Shown here piece by piece: positions 48,837 to 59,200 of a stretch of DNA of 64,000 bases. The notes below the pieces were generated by a model. It was given only the letters and a program-made list of their open reading frames with translations. It ran no database searches and was not told the origin of the DNA. The position numbers and the translations under genes were made by a program. Each line of letters opens with the position of its first letter. Within the stretch, counting starts at the first letter, position 1. The stretch comes from Polynucleobacter meluiroseus (GTDB taxonomy: Bacteria > Pseudomonadota > Gammaproteobacteria > Burkholderiales > Burkholderiaceae), in contig CAMDUR010000005.1 in assembly GCA_945879115.1 (NCBI GenBank), forward strand, positions 11,923 to 75,922. The letters run 5' to 3'.

Positions 48837-50051
48837 ATGAAAAAAACCGCAATCGCAACATTGGCTGCATCCCTCTTTGTAGCCGCATCGATGCCTGTTA
48901 TGGCGCAAACTGTATCTGATAATGAGATTCGAATCGGCGTTCTAACTGACTTATCTGGAATCTATTCTGCCATTGAGGGTCCTGGCGGTGTCTTAGCTGC
49001 TCAAATGGCTGCTAAAGATTTTGGTGGTCAAGTATTGGGTAAGAAAATTGTTATCACTTCGGCAGACACTCAGTCAAAAGCAGACCTTGCAAGCTCCAAA
49101 GCTCGTGAGATGTTCGAGCGAGATAAAGTCGACATGATTGTTGGTAACGTCTCAACTGCTTCTGCTTTGGCTGCGATGGAGGTTGCTGAGCAATTTAAGA
49201 AGGTATCCATCGTTACTGGCGCCGCATCTTTGCAAATTACCAATGAAAAATGCACTCCCTATAGTGTGCATTATGTTTATGACACTTATGCTTTGTCACG
49301 GGGAACTGGTAAAGCCGTTGTTGATTCAGGTAAAAAAACTTGGTTCTTTGTGACTGCTGACTACGCTTTTGGACACACCTTGGAGCGCGATTCAACAGAA
49401 GTAGTGGTTGCGAATGGCGGTAAGGTTTTGGGCGGTGTAAAACACCCAATTAATACGCAAGACTTCTCATCATTCATGGCGCAAGCACAAGCTTCAAAAG
49501 CTGAAGTGATTGCCCTTGCAAATGCTGGTGGTGACACTATTGGATCTGTGAAGCAAGCAGCTGAGTTAGGTCTTATGAATTCTAAACAAACCCTTGTTCC
49601 TCTCTTGATGTTTACCAGTGATATTCAAGCATTAGGACTTAGACAAACTTCTGGCATGACTTTTACAGAGGGATGGTATTGGGATCATAGTGATGCTAAC
49701 CGTAAATTTGCTGAGCGTTTCATGAAAGAATTTAAAGGTAAAGCTCCAACATCACCTCAAGCTGGTGTGTATTCAGCCACTATGCAGTATCTAAAGGCTG
49801 TTGAAGCGACTAAAACTGATAATTCTGATGCAGTCATAAAGCAAATGAAAGCAGTTGAAATCAACGATGGTCTTTTCAAAGGAAAAATCCGTGCAGATGG
49901 TAAGTTTGAGCACGATATGTATTTGTTAGAGGTTAAAAAGCCTAACGAATCCAAAAATCCAAACGATGTCGCTAAAGTGATAAAAGTAATTGCTGCCAAG
50001 GATGCAACTTTGCCTTTGTCGCAATCTAAGTGCAAATTTGTTACTAAATAA
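48837..50051 (+). CDS. periplasmic substrate-binding protein, Leu/Ile/Val-binding (type I PBP) family
   Basis: Signal peptide MKKTAIATLAASLFVAASMPVMA. The pattern IRIGVLTDLSG...GG.VLGKKI is typical of the family. ATG 48837 lies 8 nt after RBS AAGGAG. Confidence 0.8.
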   Translation: MKKTAIATLAASLFVAASMPVMAQTVSDNEIRIGVLTDLSGIYSAIEGPGGVLAAQMAAKDFGGQVLGKKIVITSADTQSKADLASSKAREMFERDKVDMIVGNVSTASALAAMEVAEQFKKVSIVTGAASLQITNEKCTPYSVHYVYDTYALSRGTGKAVVDSGKKTWFFVTADYAFGHTLERDSTEVVVANGGKVLGGVKHPINTQDFSSFMAQAQASKAEVIALANAGGDTIGSVKQAAELGLMNSKQTLVPLLMFTSDIQALGLRQTSGMTFTEGWYWDHSDANRKFAERFMKEFKGKAPTSPQAGVYSATMQYLKAVEATKTDNSDAVIKQMKAVEINDGLFKGKIRADGKFEHDMYLLEVKKPNESKNPNDVAKVIKVIAAKDATLPLSQSKCKFVTK

Positions 50052-50068
50052 GTAAAAGCGATTTAATC

Positions 50069-50983
50069 ATGTTTGAGTTACTTGGAATTACACCGCAAGC
50101 TTTGGTCTCGCAGCTGCTGATTGGACTAATTAATGGTTCCTTCTATGCATTGTTGAGCTTGGGTTTAGCTGTGATTTTTGGGTTACTTAACGTGATTAAC
50201 TTTATCCATGGCGCTCAATATATGTTGGGTGCCATGGTTGCTTGGATTGGTCTCACGCAGTTAGGAAGCTGGATTGGTATGCCTGAATTCCAGTTAAATT
50301 ACTTCGTAGCACTATTTTTAGCGCCTTTAATAGTAGGACTTTTTAGCATCGTGATCGAAAAAACGATGCTTAAGCGTCTTTATCATCTTGATCATTTATA
50401 TGGGCTTTTGCTAACCTTTGGTCTTGCATTGGTGATTGAGGGTATGTTTCGTCATTGGTTTGGAGCATTAGGTAACAGCTATCCAGTTCCAGATGTATTG
50501 CAGGGTGGAGTCAGAATAGGTGAACTCTTTATGCCTTACTACCGTCTTTGGGTAGTATTTTTAGCTCTGCTGGTGTGCTTTGCTACTTGGTTCTTCATAG
50601 AAAGAACTAGTCTGGGTAGCTTATTACGAGCCGGCACTGAAAATCCAAAGTTGCTTCAAGCTCTTGGTGTCAATGTGCCACTGATAGTAACTCTAACTTA
50701 TGGTGCTGGTTGTGCTCTCGCTGCATTTGCTGGCGTTATGGCCGCACCAATTTATCAAGTGACGGCGGTCATGGGATCAAATTTAATTATTGTAGTTTTT
50801 GCGGTTGTAGTTATTGGTGGTATGGGATCAATTGCCGGTGCTATTTTGACTGGTCTTGGTTTGGGAGTGGTGGAAGGCTTAACTAAGGTTTTTTATCCCC
50901 AAGCCTCTTCGATTTCGATCTTTGTCATCATGATCATTGTCTTGTTAATCAAACCTGCTGGATTATTTGGTAAATCAAATTGA
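50069..50983 (+). CDS. livH: ABC transporter permease, LivH family
   Basis: 304 aa and polytopic, with the LivH-type N-terminus LLIGLINGSFYALLSLGLAVIFG. Confidence 0.85.
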   Translation: MFELLGITPQALVSQLLIGLINGSFYALLSLGLAVIFGLLNVINFIHGAQYMLGAMVAWIGLTQLGSWIGMPEFQLNYFVALFLAPLIVGLFSIVIEKTMLKRLYHLDHLYGLLLTFGLALVIEGMFRHWFGALGNSYPVPDVLQGGVRIGELFMPYYRLWVVFLALLVCFATWFFIERTSLGSLLRAGTENPKLLQALGVNVPLIVTLTYGAGCALAAFAGVMAAPIYQVTAVMGSNLIIVVFAVVVIGGMGSIAGAILTGLGLGVVEGLTKVFYPQASSISIFVIMIIVLLIKPAGLFGKSN

Positions 50984-51924
50984 TCACAAAGCTTAATCTT
51001 TCTAGTCTCGACAAAATTTCAATTGTTATTTTGTTTTTACTGGCTATCGTCCCATTCCAAGGATTGGTGTACGACCTTTTCATGATGAAAGTTTTTTGCT
51101 TTGCTATTTTTGCTGCTTCCCTCAATCTTTTATTAGGTTTTGCTGGGTTACTTTCATTTGGACATGCGGCTTTCTTTGGTGCAGGCGCTTATGTTAGCGC
51201 CCATGTCATGAAGGAATGGGGTTTTACGCCGGAATTAGGATTACTTTCTGGTGTTATCTGTGCAACAGCACTTGGTTATGTTTTTGGATCTTTAGCGATA
51301 CGCCGTCAAGGCATTTATTTCGCAATGATTACCCTTGCGCTTGCACAGGTCGTTTATTTCTTAGCAACGCAGGTGCCATTTACTAATGGCGAAGACGGCA
51401 TACAAGGTGTTCCTAGGGGGCATTTTTTAGGATTGATTGATTTATCCATATCTACAAATATGTATTACTTCGCACTTGTGGTTTTTGCGTTAGCTTTTCT
51501 GATGATCAAGCGTATTGTGAGTTCACCTTTTGGCCAAGTCATGAAGTCTATTCGTGAAAATGAGCCGAGAGCTATTTCGCTTGGCTACGATGTCAATAAA
51601 TACAAATTGATTGCATTCACTTTATCAGCTGGCTTAGCCGGACTTGGCGGTGGGCTAAAAAGCTTAGTGCTTCAATTAGCATCACTCTCAGACGTTTTTT
51701 GGCATACCTCAGGAGAAGCTGTGCTTATGACCATTCTCGGTGGTATTGGCACCCTTTGGGGCCCGGTCGCTGGCGCTGCAATAATCATTAACCTACAAAA
51801 TTATCTTGCCAATCTAGGGGGTTGGAGCACGATTGCAACTGGCGCTATATTCGTTATCTGCGTCATGGCATTTAGACGAGGTATTGTCGGTGAAATTGCA
51901 CATCGATTAAAGATAAAACTCTGA
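50980..51924 (+). CDS. livM: ABC transporter permease, LivM family
   Basis: 314 aa and polytopic, with the LivM-type block NLLLGFAGLLSFGHAAFFGAGAY. TTG start in a TTGA overlap with livH, so the start is uncertain. Confidence 0.8.
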   Translation: MITKLNLSSLDKISIVILFLLAIVPFQGLVYDLFMMKVFCFAIFAASLNLLLGFAGLLSFGHAAFFGAGAYVSAHVMKEWGFTPELGLLSGVICATALGYVFGSLAIRRQGIYFAMITLALAQVVYFLATQVPFTNGEDGIQGVPRGHFLGLIDLSISTNMYYFALVVFALAFLMIKRIVSSPFGQVMKSIRENEPRAISLGYDVNKYKLIAFTLSAGLAGLGGGLKSLVLQLASLSDVFWHTSGEAVLMTILGGIGTLWGPVAGAAIIINLQNYLANLGGWSTIATGAIFVICVMAFRRGIVGEIAHRLKIKL

Positions 51925-51988
51925 CACTACTGTATTTAGAGGGCTGCTTTCAAAGTTGAATAAATTGTTTTCCCCCACAAAAAACAAC

Positions 51989-52022
51989 AAAGGCTTCAAA
52001 GACGGATGCCTTAGAAGCCTTT
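51989..52022. terminator. hairpin terminator between livM and the tRNA (usable on both strands)
   Basis: 9-bp stem AAAGGCTTC / GAAGCCTTT with a 16-nt loop. On the minus strand it is followed by GTTGTTTTTTGTG, directly after the tRNA 3' end. Confidence 0.55.
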
Positions 52023-52028
52023 TAAATT

Positions 52029-52105
52029 TGGTTGCGGGGATAGGATTTGAACCTATGACCTTCGGGTTATGAGCCCGACGAGCTGCCAGACTGCTCCACC
52101 CCGCG
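52029..52105 (-). tRNA. initiator tRNA-fMet (anticodon CAT), CCA encoded
   Basis: The reverse complement, CGCGGGGTGGAGCAGTCTGGCAGCTCGTCGGGCTCATAACCCGAAGGTCATAGGTTCAAATCCTATCCCCGCAACCA, folds as a cloverleaf. It has the C1:A72 mismatch and three consecutive G:C pairs in the anticodon stem, the hallmarks of bacterial initiator tRNA. Confidence 0.95.
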
Positions 52106-52117
52106 TCTGAGAGCTAG

Positions 52118-52146
52118 ACTATATCAGGATAAACCCTAAAGTGCAA
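52118..52146 (-). promoter_or_regulatory. candidate sigma-70 promoter for tRNA-fMet
   Basis: Minus strand reads TTGCAC-17 nt-TATAGT. The -10 element ends 12 nt upstream of the mature tRNA 5' end. Confidence 0.45.
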
Positions 52147-52261
52147 GGTAACTGAGGTAAAGCTCATATATCCAAGCGGGCGCTTGATTCATATCTTTTT
52201 AAAACCTCTTACTTTGTTAATAAAATTACTAAATAATCTTAAATATATAACTAAATCTTTA

Positions 52262-52276
52262 TATTGCATTGCAATA
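52262..52276. promoter_or_regulatory. perfect 7-1-7 palindrome upstream of kup (candidate operator)
   Basis: TATTGCA-T-TGCAATA, ending 44 nt upstream of the kup TTG start. Confidence 0.3.
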
Positions 52277-52319
52277 AGCAAGGCATATAATCACTAAATA
52301 GCAATTAAGGGAGTACCTT

Positions 52320-54260
52320 TTGACCATCAGCGACCCAATCTATTCGCAATCATCATTGTTAAAGCCAGTTGATCTGCATGGCAATGAGCATGGCAAAAAA
52401 GGTAGCACTGCAGCTTTGGTTTTAGCTGCCCTTGGTGTTGTATTCGGTGATATCGGTACAAGTCCACTTTACGCACTAAAAGAATGTTTCAACCCAAAGC
52501 ACGGTATTCCCTACAGTGATGAGGCTGTGTTTGGTGTTATTTCAATGATGTTTTGGGCCATCATTCTTGTGGTGACCATTAAGTACGTTGTCTTTGTTAT
52601 GCGTGCCGATAATAAGGGCGAAGGCGGCGTCTTATCTCTGATGGCTCTTGCTTTGCGATCTCTTCAGAGCGGTACAAAATCTTATTTGCTAGTCATGATG
52701 TTGGGTATGTTTGGCGCATGCATGCTTTATGGTGAATCAGTCATTACTCCAGCTATTTCAGTTTTATCTGCTGTAGAAGGTTTAGAAATCGCTACGCCTG
52801 AGATGAAGCGATTTGTTATACCGATCACGATGACTATTTTGATAGCTTTATTCGTGATCCAAAAATTCGGAACTGCTATTGTGGGCAAATTATTTGGCCC
52901 CATTACATTACTTTGGTTTATCTCATTGGCAGTTCTTGGCGTACTCAACGTTGTTAAAAACCCAGAGATATTTGCAGCCATCAATCCGCTCTATGCAGTT
53001 AACTTCATCTCAGAACACACCTTGATGGCATACATCGTCATGGGTTCAGTTGTATTAGTTGTAACCGGTGTAGAGGCGCTGTATTTAGATATGGGCCATT
53101 TTGGTAAAAGTCCTGTTAGATTGGCATGGCTGTTTTGCGTTCTTCCTAGTTTATTGATCAATTACTTTGGGCAAGGCGCCTTACTGCTTGCAGATCCTGA
53201 AGCTATCAAAAATCCATTTTATTTAATGGTTCCTGAATGGGCTTTATGGCCCATGGTTGGCTTGGCTACGGCAGCAACTGTCATTGCCTCTCAGGCAGTT
53301 ATTTCTGGAGCGTTTTCCTTTGCTAATCAAGCCATACTTTTAGGCTTCCTCCCAAGAATGAGCATCAGACACACATCCGATAATGAACGTGGACAGATTT
53401 ACATGCCGTTTATTAACTGGTCATTATTGGCAATGGTGCTTTTTACTGTCATTGAGTTTAGAGAGTCTGGTAACTTGGCAGCAGCTTACGGTATTTCAGT
53501 GACTACGACCATGTTGATCACTACCATCCTACTCAGTATTGTGATGAGAAAAGAATGGCATCTCAACCCAATCTTAATCGTATGTTTATTCATTGCATTC
53601 TTGGCTTTAGATCTTGCATTTTGGACTGCTAACTTAATCAAGGTTAAAGACGGTGGCTGGTATCCATTGATGCTTGGCATATTAATTTTTGTATGCTTAA
53701 TGACTTGGTATAAAGGCCGTAAGTTATTAAGAGAACGCATTGTTAAAGAGTCAATTCCATTAGAGCCTTTCGTTAAAGGTCTTTTGGCGCATCCCCCACA
53801 TCGTGTTGAGGGCACAGCTATCTTCTTAACCGCTCACATTGATTATGTGCCTGTGGCAATGCTGCATAACCTTAAGCACAATCGAGTACTTCATCAAAGA
53901 ATCTTCTTCTTGAAACTCAGCACTTGGGATGTCCCTTATGTGAATGATGAAGAGCGCTTGACCCTAAAGGATATGGGTCGGGATATTTACTTGGTCCGCT
54001 CAGTTCATGGCTTCAAAGAGACGCCAGATATTAATAGAGTATTGGCTCTCATTCAGTCCAAGTATCAACTTGAATTTGACCTTATGGATACCTCTTTCTT
54101 CTTAGCAAGAGATACCGTTGTGCCTTCTAAGCTCCCTGGTATGGCTTTATGGCGTGAACGATTGTTTGCTTGGATGTTTCAGAATGCTGCTAAACCGTCT
54201 GATTTCTTCCAGATTCCTACTAATAGGGTGGTTGAGCTTGGCGCCAAGATTGAAATTTAG
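52320..54260 (+). CDS. kup: KUP/HAK/KT-family potassium uptake protein
   Basis: 646 aa with the signature [17 protein letters not shown], about 12 TM helices and a cytosolic C-domain. TTG start 6 nt after RBS AAGGGAG. Confidence 0.93.
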   Translation: MTISDPIYSQSSLLKPVDLHGNEHGKKGSTAALVLAALGVVFGDIGTSPLYALKECFNPKHGIPYSDEAVFGVISMMFWAIILVVTIKYVVFVMRADNKGEGGVLSLMALALRSLQSGTKSYLLVMMLGMFGACMLYGESVITPAISVLSAVEGLEIATPEMKRFVIPITMTILIALFVIQKFGTAIVGKLFGPITLLWFISLAVLGVLNVVKNPEIFAAINPLYAVNFISEHTLMAYIVMGSVVLVVTGVEALYLDMGHFGKSPVRLAWLFCVLPSLLINYFGQGALLLADPEAIKNPFYLMVPEWALWPMVGLATAATVIASQAVISGAFSFANQAILLGFLPRMSIRHTSDNERGQIYMPFINWSLLAMVLFTVIEFRESGNLAAAYGISVTTTMLITTILLSIVMRKEWHLNPILIVCLFIAFLALDLAFWTANLIKVKDGGWYPLMLGILIFVCLMTWYKGRKLLRERIVKESIPLEPFVKGLLAHPPHRVEGTAIFLTAHIDYVPVAMLHNLKHNRVLHQRIFFLKLSTWDVPYVNDEERLTLKDMGRDIYLVRSVHGFKETPDINRVLALIQSKYQLEFDLMDTSFFLARDTVVPSKLPGMALWRERLFAWMFQNAAKPSDFFQIPTNRVVELGAKIEI

Positions 54261-54311
54261 AAAAGTCTCATTATTTAACTGATTGCTCTTGAATAGCTTA
54301 TCCTTGAGTCT

Positions 54312-54800
54312 ATGAACTTAATTCGTTATTTCACTCTCACAATTGGTTTGGCACTTTTGCCAAATTTTATCCTCGCTGGACCTACTGAGCAAGCAGAGCT
54401 CAGTGATATTTCAAATCGTCAAGAGCAATTGAATCTTAAAAGAGACTGGGCCAAGTACCGCCTTGAAAAGAGTCAATACGATTGTCATAGCCAATTTTTT
54501 ACAACCAGTTGTCTAGACAAAGCACGACTTTTACACCGTCAAGAAATTAAAGAAATTCGTACTCAAGAAGTCCCCATGAATGAACGTGAGCGAATTCTCA
54601 AGTCAATTATCAAAGACGAACGTGATGCTGAAAGAGCTGCAAGTCAGGCGGATCAAGCCAAAGCTGAGCAGCGTGCAATCAATGTTAAAGATTTTGAGCA
54701 GAAAAAAATTGATCAACAGCAACGACAGCAAGATCTTGAGAAGCGCCGTGCTGACTCTGAAATAAGAGCCAAAGAAAATAAGAAGTCAGGGCCTTTCTAA
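54312..54800 (+). CDS. hypothetical exported coiled-coil protein
   Basis: 162 aa. Signal-peptide-like N-terminus (LTIGLALLPNFILAG), one Cys pair (CHSQFFTTSC), and a highly charged Gln/Glu/Lys/Arg-rich helical C-half. No family recognised. Confidence 0.55.
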   Translation: MNLIRYFTLTIGLALLPNFILAGPTEQAELSDISNRQEQLNLKRDWAKYRLEKSQYDCHSQFFTTSCLDKARLLHRQEIKEIRTQEVPMNERERILKSIIKDERDAERAASQADQAKAEQRAINVKDFEQKKIDQQQRQQDLEKRRADSEIRAKENKKSGPF

Positions 54801-56164
54801 TGGCAAAAATTAAGTCAGTTTACGTTTGCCAATCCTGTGGCGGGATGTCAGCTAAGTGGCAGGGTCAATGCTCTAACTGTGAGGCATGGAACTCCATGGA
54901 AGAGTCGGTTGAAGATAAACCTTCAACGAGTCGCTTTCAGAGCTTAGCTAAAGCTGCCCCTAAACAACGACTTGCAGTGATTGAAGCGGAAGATTTACCA
55001 CGCTTGAGCACTGGTATTGATGAGTTTGATCGTGTACTTGGTGGCGGCTTAGTAACAGGTGGTGTGGCATTAATTGGTGGCGATCCTGGCATCGGCAAAT
55101 CAACACTATTACTTCAAGCATTAGCTGTTATGAGCGCTCGTGGCGACTCAGTGCTGTATGTCAGCGGAGAAGAGTCTGGCTCTCAGATCGCACTGCGAGC
55201 AAAACGATTAGACGTTCAAGCTCCCGATCTAGAGGTATTAGCAGAAATACAGTTAGAGAAGCTCTTGGTAACCATCGAGTCATCCAGACCAACAGTGGTT
55301 GTTATAGATTCGATACAAACTATTTATTCAGAGGCATTAAGTTCAGCGCCAGGATCTGTAGCGCAAGTGAAAGAGTGTGCTGCTCAGCTAACAAGACTGG
55401 CCAAGTCAACAGGTGTTTGTATGATCATGGTTGGCCATGTGACTAAAGAAGGTAATTTAGCCGGTCCCCGTGTCTTGGAGCATATTGTTGACACCGTTCT
55501 TTACTTTGAAGGTGATACGCACTCTTCGTTTCGATTAGTCAGAGCATTCAAAAACCGATTTGGCGCTGTGAACGAATTAGGTGTTTTTGCTATGACGGAT
55601 AAAGGGTTGAAGGGCGTATCGAATCCTTCTGCTTTATTCCTATCACAACATGATCAAATGGTTCCTGGATCTTGTATTTTAGTAACCCAAGAGGGTAGTC
55701 GCCCGTTGTTGGTCGAGATACAAGCATTAGTAGATGCCGCACATGTCCCTAATCCGAGACGCTTAGCTTTAGGCTTAGAGCAACATCGATTAGCCATGTT
55801 GCTTGCTGTCTTGCATCGTCACGCTGGCATTGCTTGTTTTGACCAAGATGTATTTTTGAACGCAGTAGGTGGTGTCAAAATCAGTGAGCCTGCGGCTGAC
55901 TTAGCGATTCTTTTAGCGATTCAGTCATCTTTGAAAAATAAAGCACTGCCTAAGACATTAGTTGTTTTTGGTGAGGTTGGGCTTGCTGGTGAAATCAGAC
56001 CTTGTCCTCGTGGTCAAGAGCGTCTTAAAGAAGCTGCTAAATTAGGATTTACGATGGCGATTATTCCAAAAGCTAATGCGCCTAAGGTCAAGATACCGGG
56101 TATTGAAGTCATCGCAGTTGATCGTATCGATCAGGCGATTCAGGCTGCTAGAAATCTAGATTAA
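54800..56164 (+). CDS. radA: DNA repair protein RadA (Sms)
   Basis: Zinc ribbon CQSCGG...CSNC, Walker A GGDPGIGKSTLLLQ, the KNRFGAVNE motif and a Lon-protease-like C-domain. Confidence 0.95.
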   Translation: MAKIKSVYVCQSCGGMSAKWQGQCSNCEAWNSMEESVEDKPSTSRFQSLAKAAPKQRLAVIEAEDLPRLSTGIDEFDRVLGGGLVTGGVALIGGDPGIGKSTLLLQALAVMSARGDSVLYVSGEESGSQIALRAKRLDVQAPDLEVLAEIQLEKLLVTIESSRPTVVVIDSIQTIYSEALSSAPGSVAQVKECAAQLTRLAKSTGVCMIMVGHVTKEGNLAGPRVLEHIVDTVLYFEGDTHSSFRLVRAFKNRFGAVNELGVFAMTDKGLKGVSNPSALFLSQHDQMVPGSCILVTQEGSRPLLVEIQALVDAAHVPNPRRLALGLEQHRLAMLLAVLHRHAGIACFDQDVFLNAVGGVKISEPAADLAILLAIQSSLKNKALPKTLVVFGEVGLAGEIRPCPRGQERLKEAAKLGFTMAIIPKANAPKVKIPGIEVIAVDRIDQAIQAARNLD

Positions 56165-57042
56165 AGATCTTCAGCTTGTATTAACAAAACCTGATCATTA
56201 CCAGCAGATACCTCTAGCCAATTAATCTGCACCTCAGGAAAAGCTGCTTGGAAATTTTTAGCTTCATTGCCAATTTCTAGAACTAAAGCACCATCAGGAC
56301 GTAAATAGTCTTTAGCGTTTTGAAGAATTTTCCTGATTAAATCCATGCCATCTGTGCCGCCAGCAAGAGACATCTCTGGTTCAGCATGATATTCAGGAGG
56401 AAGGTTGCTCATCGTTTCTGCATTCACATAAGGTGGATTGCAAATAATTAAATCATATTTACTATCTTCATCAACGATCGGTAAAGCCTCGAATAAATCA
56501 CTCTGAAATACTTCAATTTGATTTGTTAGATTATGTCGATCAATATTTTTAGCGGCGAGTGATAGAGCTTGCATGCTGAGATCTGATGCATTGACCTCTA
56601 CATCGGGACAGGACATAGCCATCAATATCGCTAGTGAACCATTGCCAGTGCAGAGATCTAATACTTTACCGTTAGGAGGTATCCATGATTCCAAGTGTCC
56701 ATCAACAATCAACTCAGCTATAAATGAGCGAGGAACAATACTGCGTTCATCAGAATAAAACTGAACCCCCATTAACCAAGCCTCACCCAAAATATAAGCT
56801 AGGGGTCGACGTGTTTGAATTCTTTCATCAGCCCACTGCTGAGCTTTAGTTTGAACATCACCGGGAACAGTTGTTTCTAGGACATCAAGCGCATCTTCAG
56901 GTGGATAACCCAGCGCTGTTGATATGATCCAAAGCGCTTCGCTTTCAGCGCTGATGGCGCCATGACCGTAACTTAAACTTGCAGCATCGAGTTGCTCAGT
57001 TAACTGATCCCAAAATAATTCTAGAGTTAATTCAGGATGCAT
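56161..57042 (-). CDS. prmB: 50S ribosomal protein L3 glutamine N5-methyltransferase
   Basis: 293 aa with an SAM fold (VLDLCTGNGSLA) and the NPPY motif (ICNPPYV). PrmB-type N-terminus. Confidence 0.85.
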   Translation of the reverse strand: MHPELTLELFWDQLTEQLDAASLSYGHGAISAESEALWIISTALGYPPEDALDVLETTVPGDVQTKAQQWADERIQTRRPLAYILGEAWLMGVQFYSDERSIVPRSFIAELIVDGHLESWIPPNGKVLDLCTGNGSLAILMAMSCPDVEVNASDLSMQALSLAAKNIDRHNLTNQIEVFQSDLFEALPIVDEDSKYDLIICNPPYVNAETMSNLPPEYHAEPEMSLAGGTDGMDLIRKILQNAKDYLRPDGALVLEIGNEAKNFQAAFPEVQINWLEVSAGNDQVLLIQAEDL

Positions 57043-57052
57043 GATGATTTAT

Positions 57053-58231
<1,179 letters not shown>

Positions 58232-58244
58232 TTAAGAATGAGCT

Positions 58245-59078
58245 TTAATCGCGCAGTAAATCATTGATGGCAGTTTTTGCTCTTGTTTGAGCATCTACTT
58301 TTTTCACAATGATGGCGGCGTAAAGGCTGTATTTGCCGCAAGCTGAAGGCAGTGAACCTGGAACCACTACTGAACCTGCTGGAACACGTCCGTAATGGAC
58401 TTCACCTGTTTCGCGATCGTAAATCTTAGTACTCTGTCCAATGTAAACACCCATTGATAAAACGGCGTTTTCTTCGATAACAACACCTTCAACAACCTCA
58501 GAGCGTGCGCCAATGAAGCAGTTATCTTCAATAATCACTGGACCTGCTTGAACAGGCTCTAAAACACCACCAATACCAACACCACCTGACAAGTGAACGT
58601 TTTTACCAATTTGGGCACATGAGCCAACTGTTGCCCAGGTATCAACCATGGAGCCTTCATCAACATAAGCACCAATATTCACAAAAGAGGGCATTAAAAC
58701 CACGTTTTTACCGATAAATGACCCACGACGGGCTGTTGCAGGGGGAACCACACGAAAACCACCCTTAGCAAAATCAGCTGCTGTGTAATCAGCAAATTTA
58801 GTGGGAACCTTATCGTAGAACTGAGGAAAGCCTCCTTGACCGTTAGCTGTCATGACTCGGTTGTCCTCTAAGCGGAAAGAAATTAAAACTGCCTTCTTAA
58901 CCCATTGATTTACATGCCATTTTCCAACAGATTCGCGCTCAGCAACCCTGATTGAACCATCATTAAGGCCAGCTAAAACAGTGGCAACTGCCTCGCGAAC
59001 ATCAGCTGGAGCTGCTGATGGAGATAGGTTGGCACGATCTTCCCAAGCCTGGTCGATAACGTTCTGTAGTGATGCCAT
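58245..59078 (-). CDS. dapD: 2,3,4,5-tetrahydropyridine-2,6-dicarboxylate N-succinyltransferase
   Basis: 277 aa from ATG 59078 ([15 protein letters not shown]...) with RBS AGGA upstream. Hexapeptide-repeat C-half. The TTG 59105 extension is rejected. Confidence 0.93.
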   Translation of the reverse strand: MASLQNVIDQAWEDRANLSPSAAPADVREAVATVLAGLNDGSIRVAERESVGKWHVNQWVKKAVLISFRLEDNRVMTANGQGGFPQFYDKVPTKFADYTAADFAKGGFRVVPPATARRGSFIGKNVVLMPSFVNIGAYVDEGSMVDTWATVGSCAQIGKNVHLSGGVGIGGVLEPVQAGPVIIEDNCFIGARSEVVEGVVIEENAVLSMGVYIGQSTKIYDRETGEVHYGRVPAGSVVVPGSLPSACGKYSLYAAIIVKKVDAQTRAKTAINDLLRD

Positions 59079-59200
59079 AAATCTTTTTTCCTTTAAAAAT
59101 AACAACTATTAAGCTTTGATTATATCGGTGAGGGCAGAGAAGTGCTCCATATCACTCTGCCCTTGGTATCATCATGAGATTCCAATAAAAGAAGTTAGCC

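Noticed and set aside
51925-52319. The tRNA-fMet locus as a genomic-island integration site
   Set aside because: No integrase, no duplicated tRNA 3' segment and no foreign-looking genes are present. The flanks are a livM terminator on one side and the kup promoter on the other.
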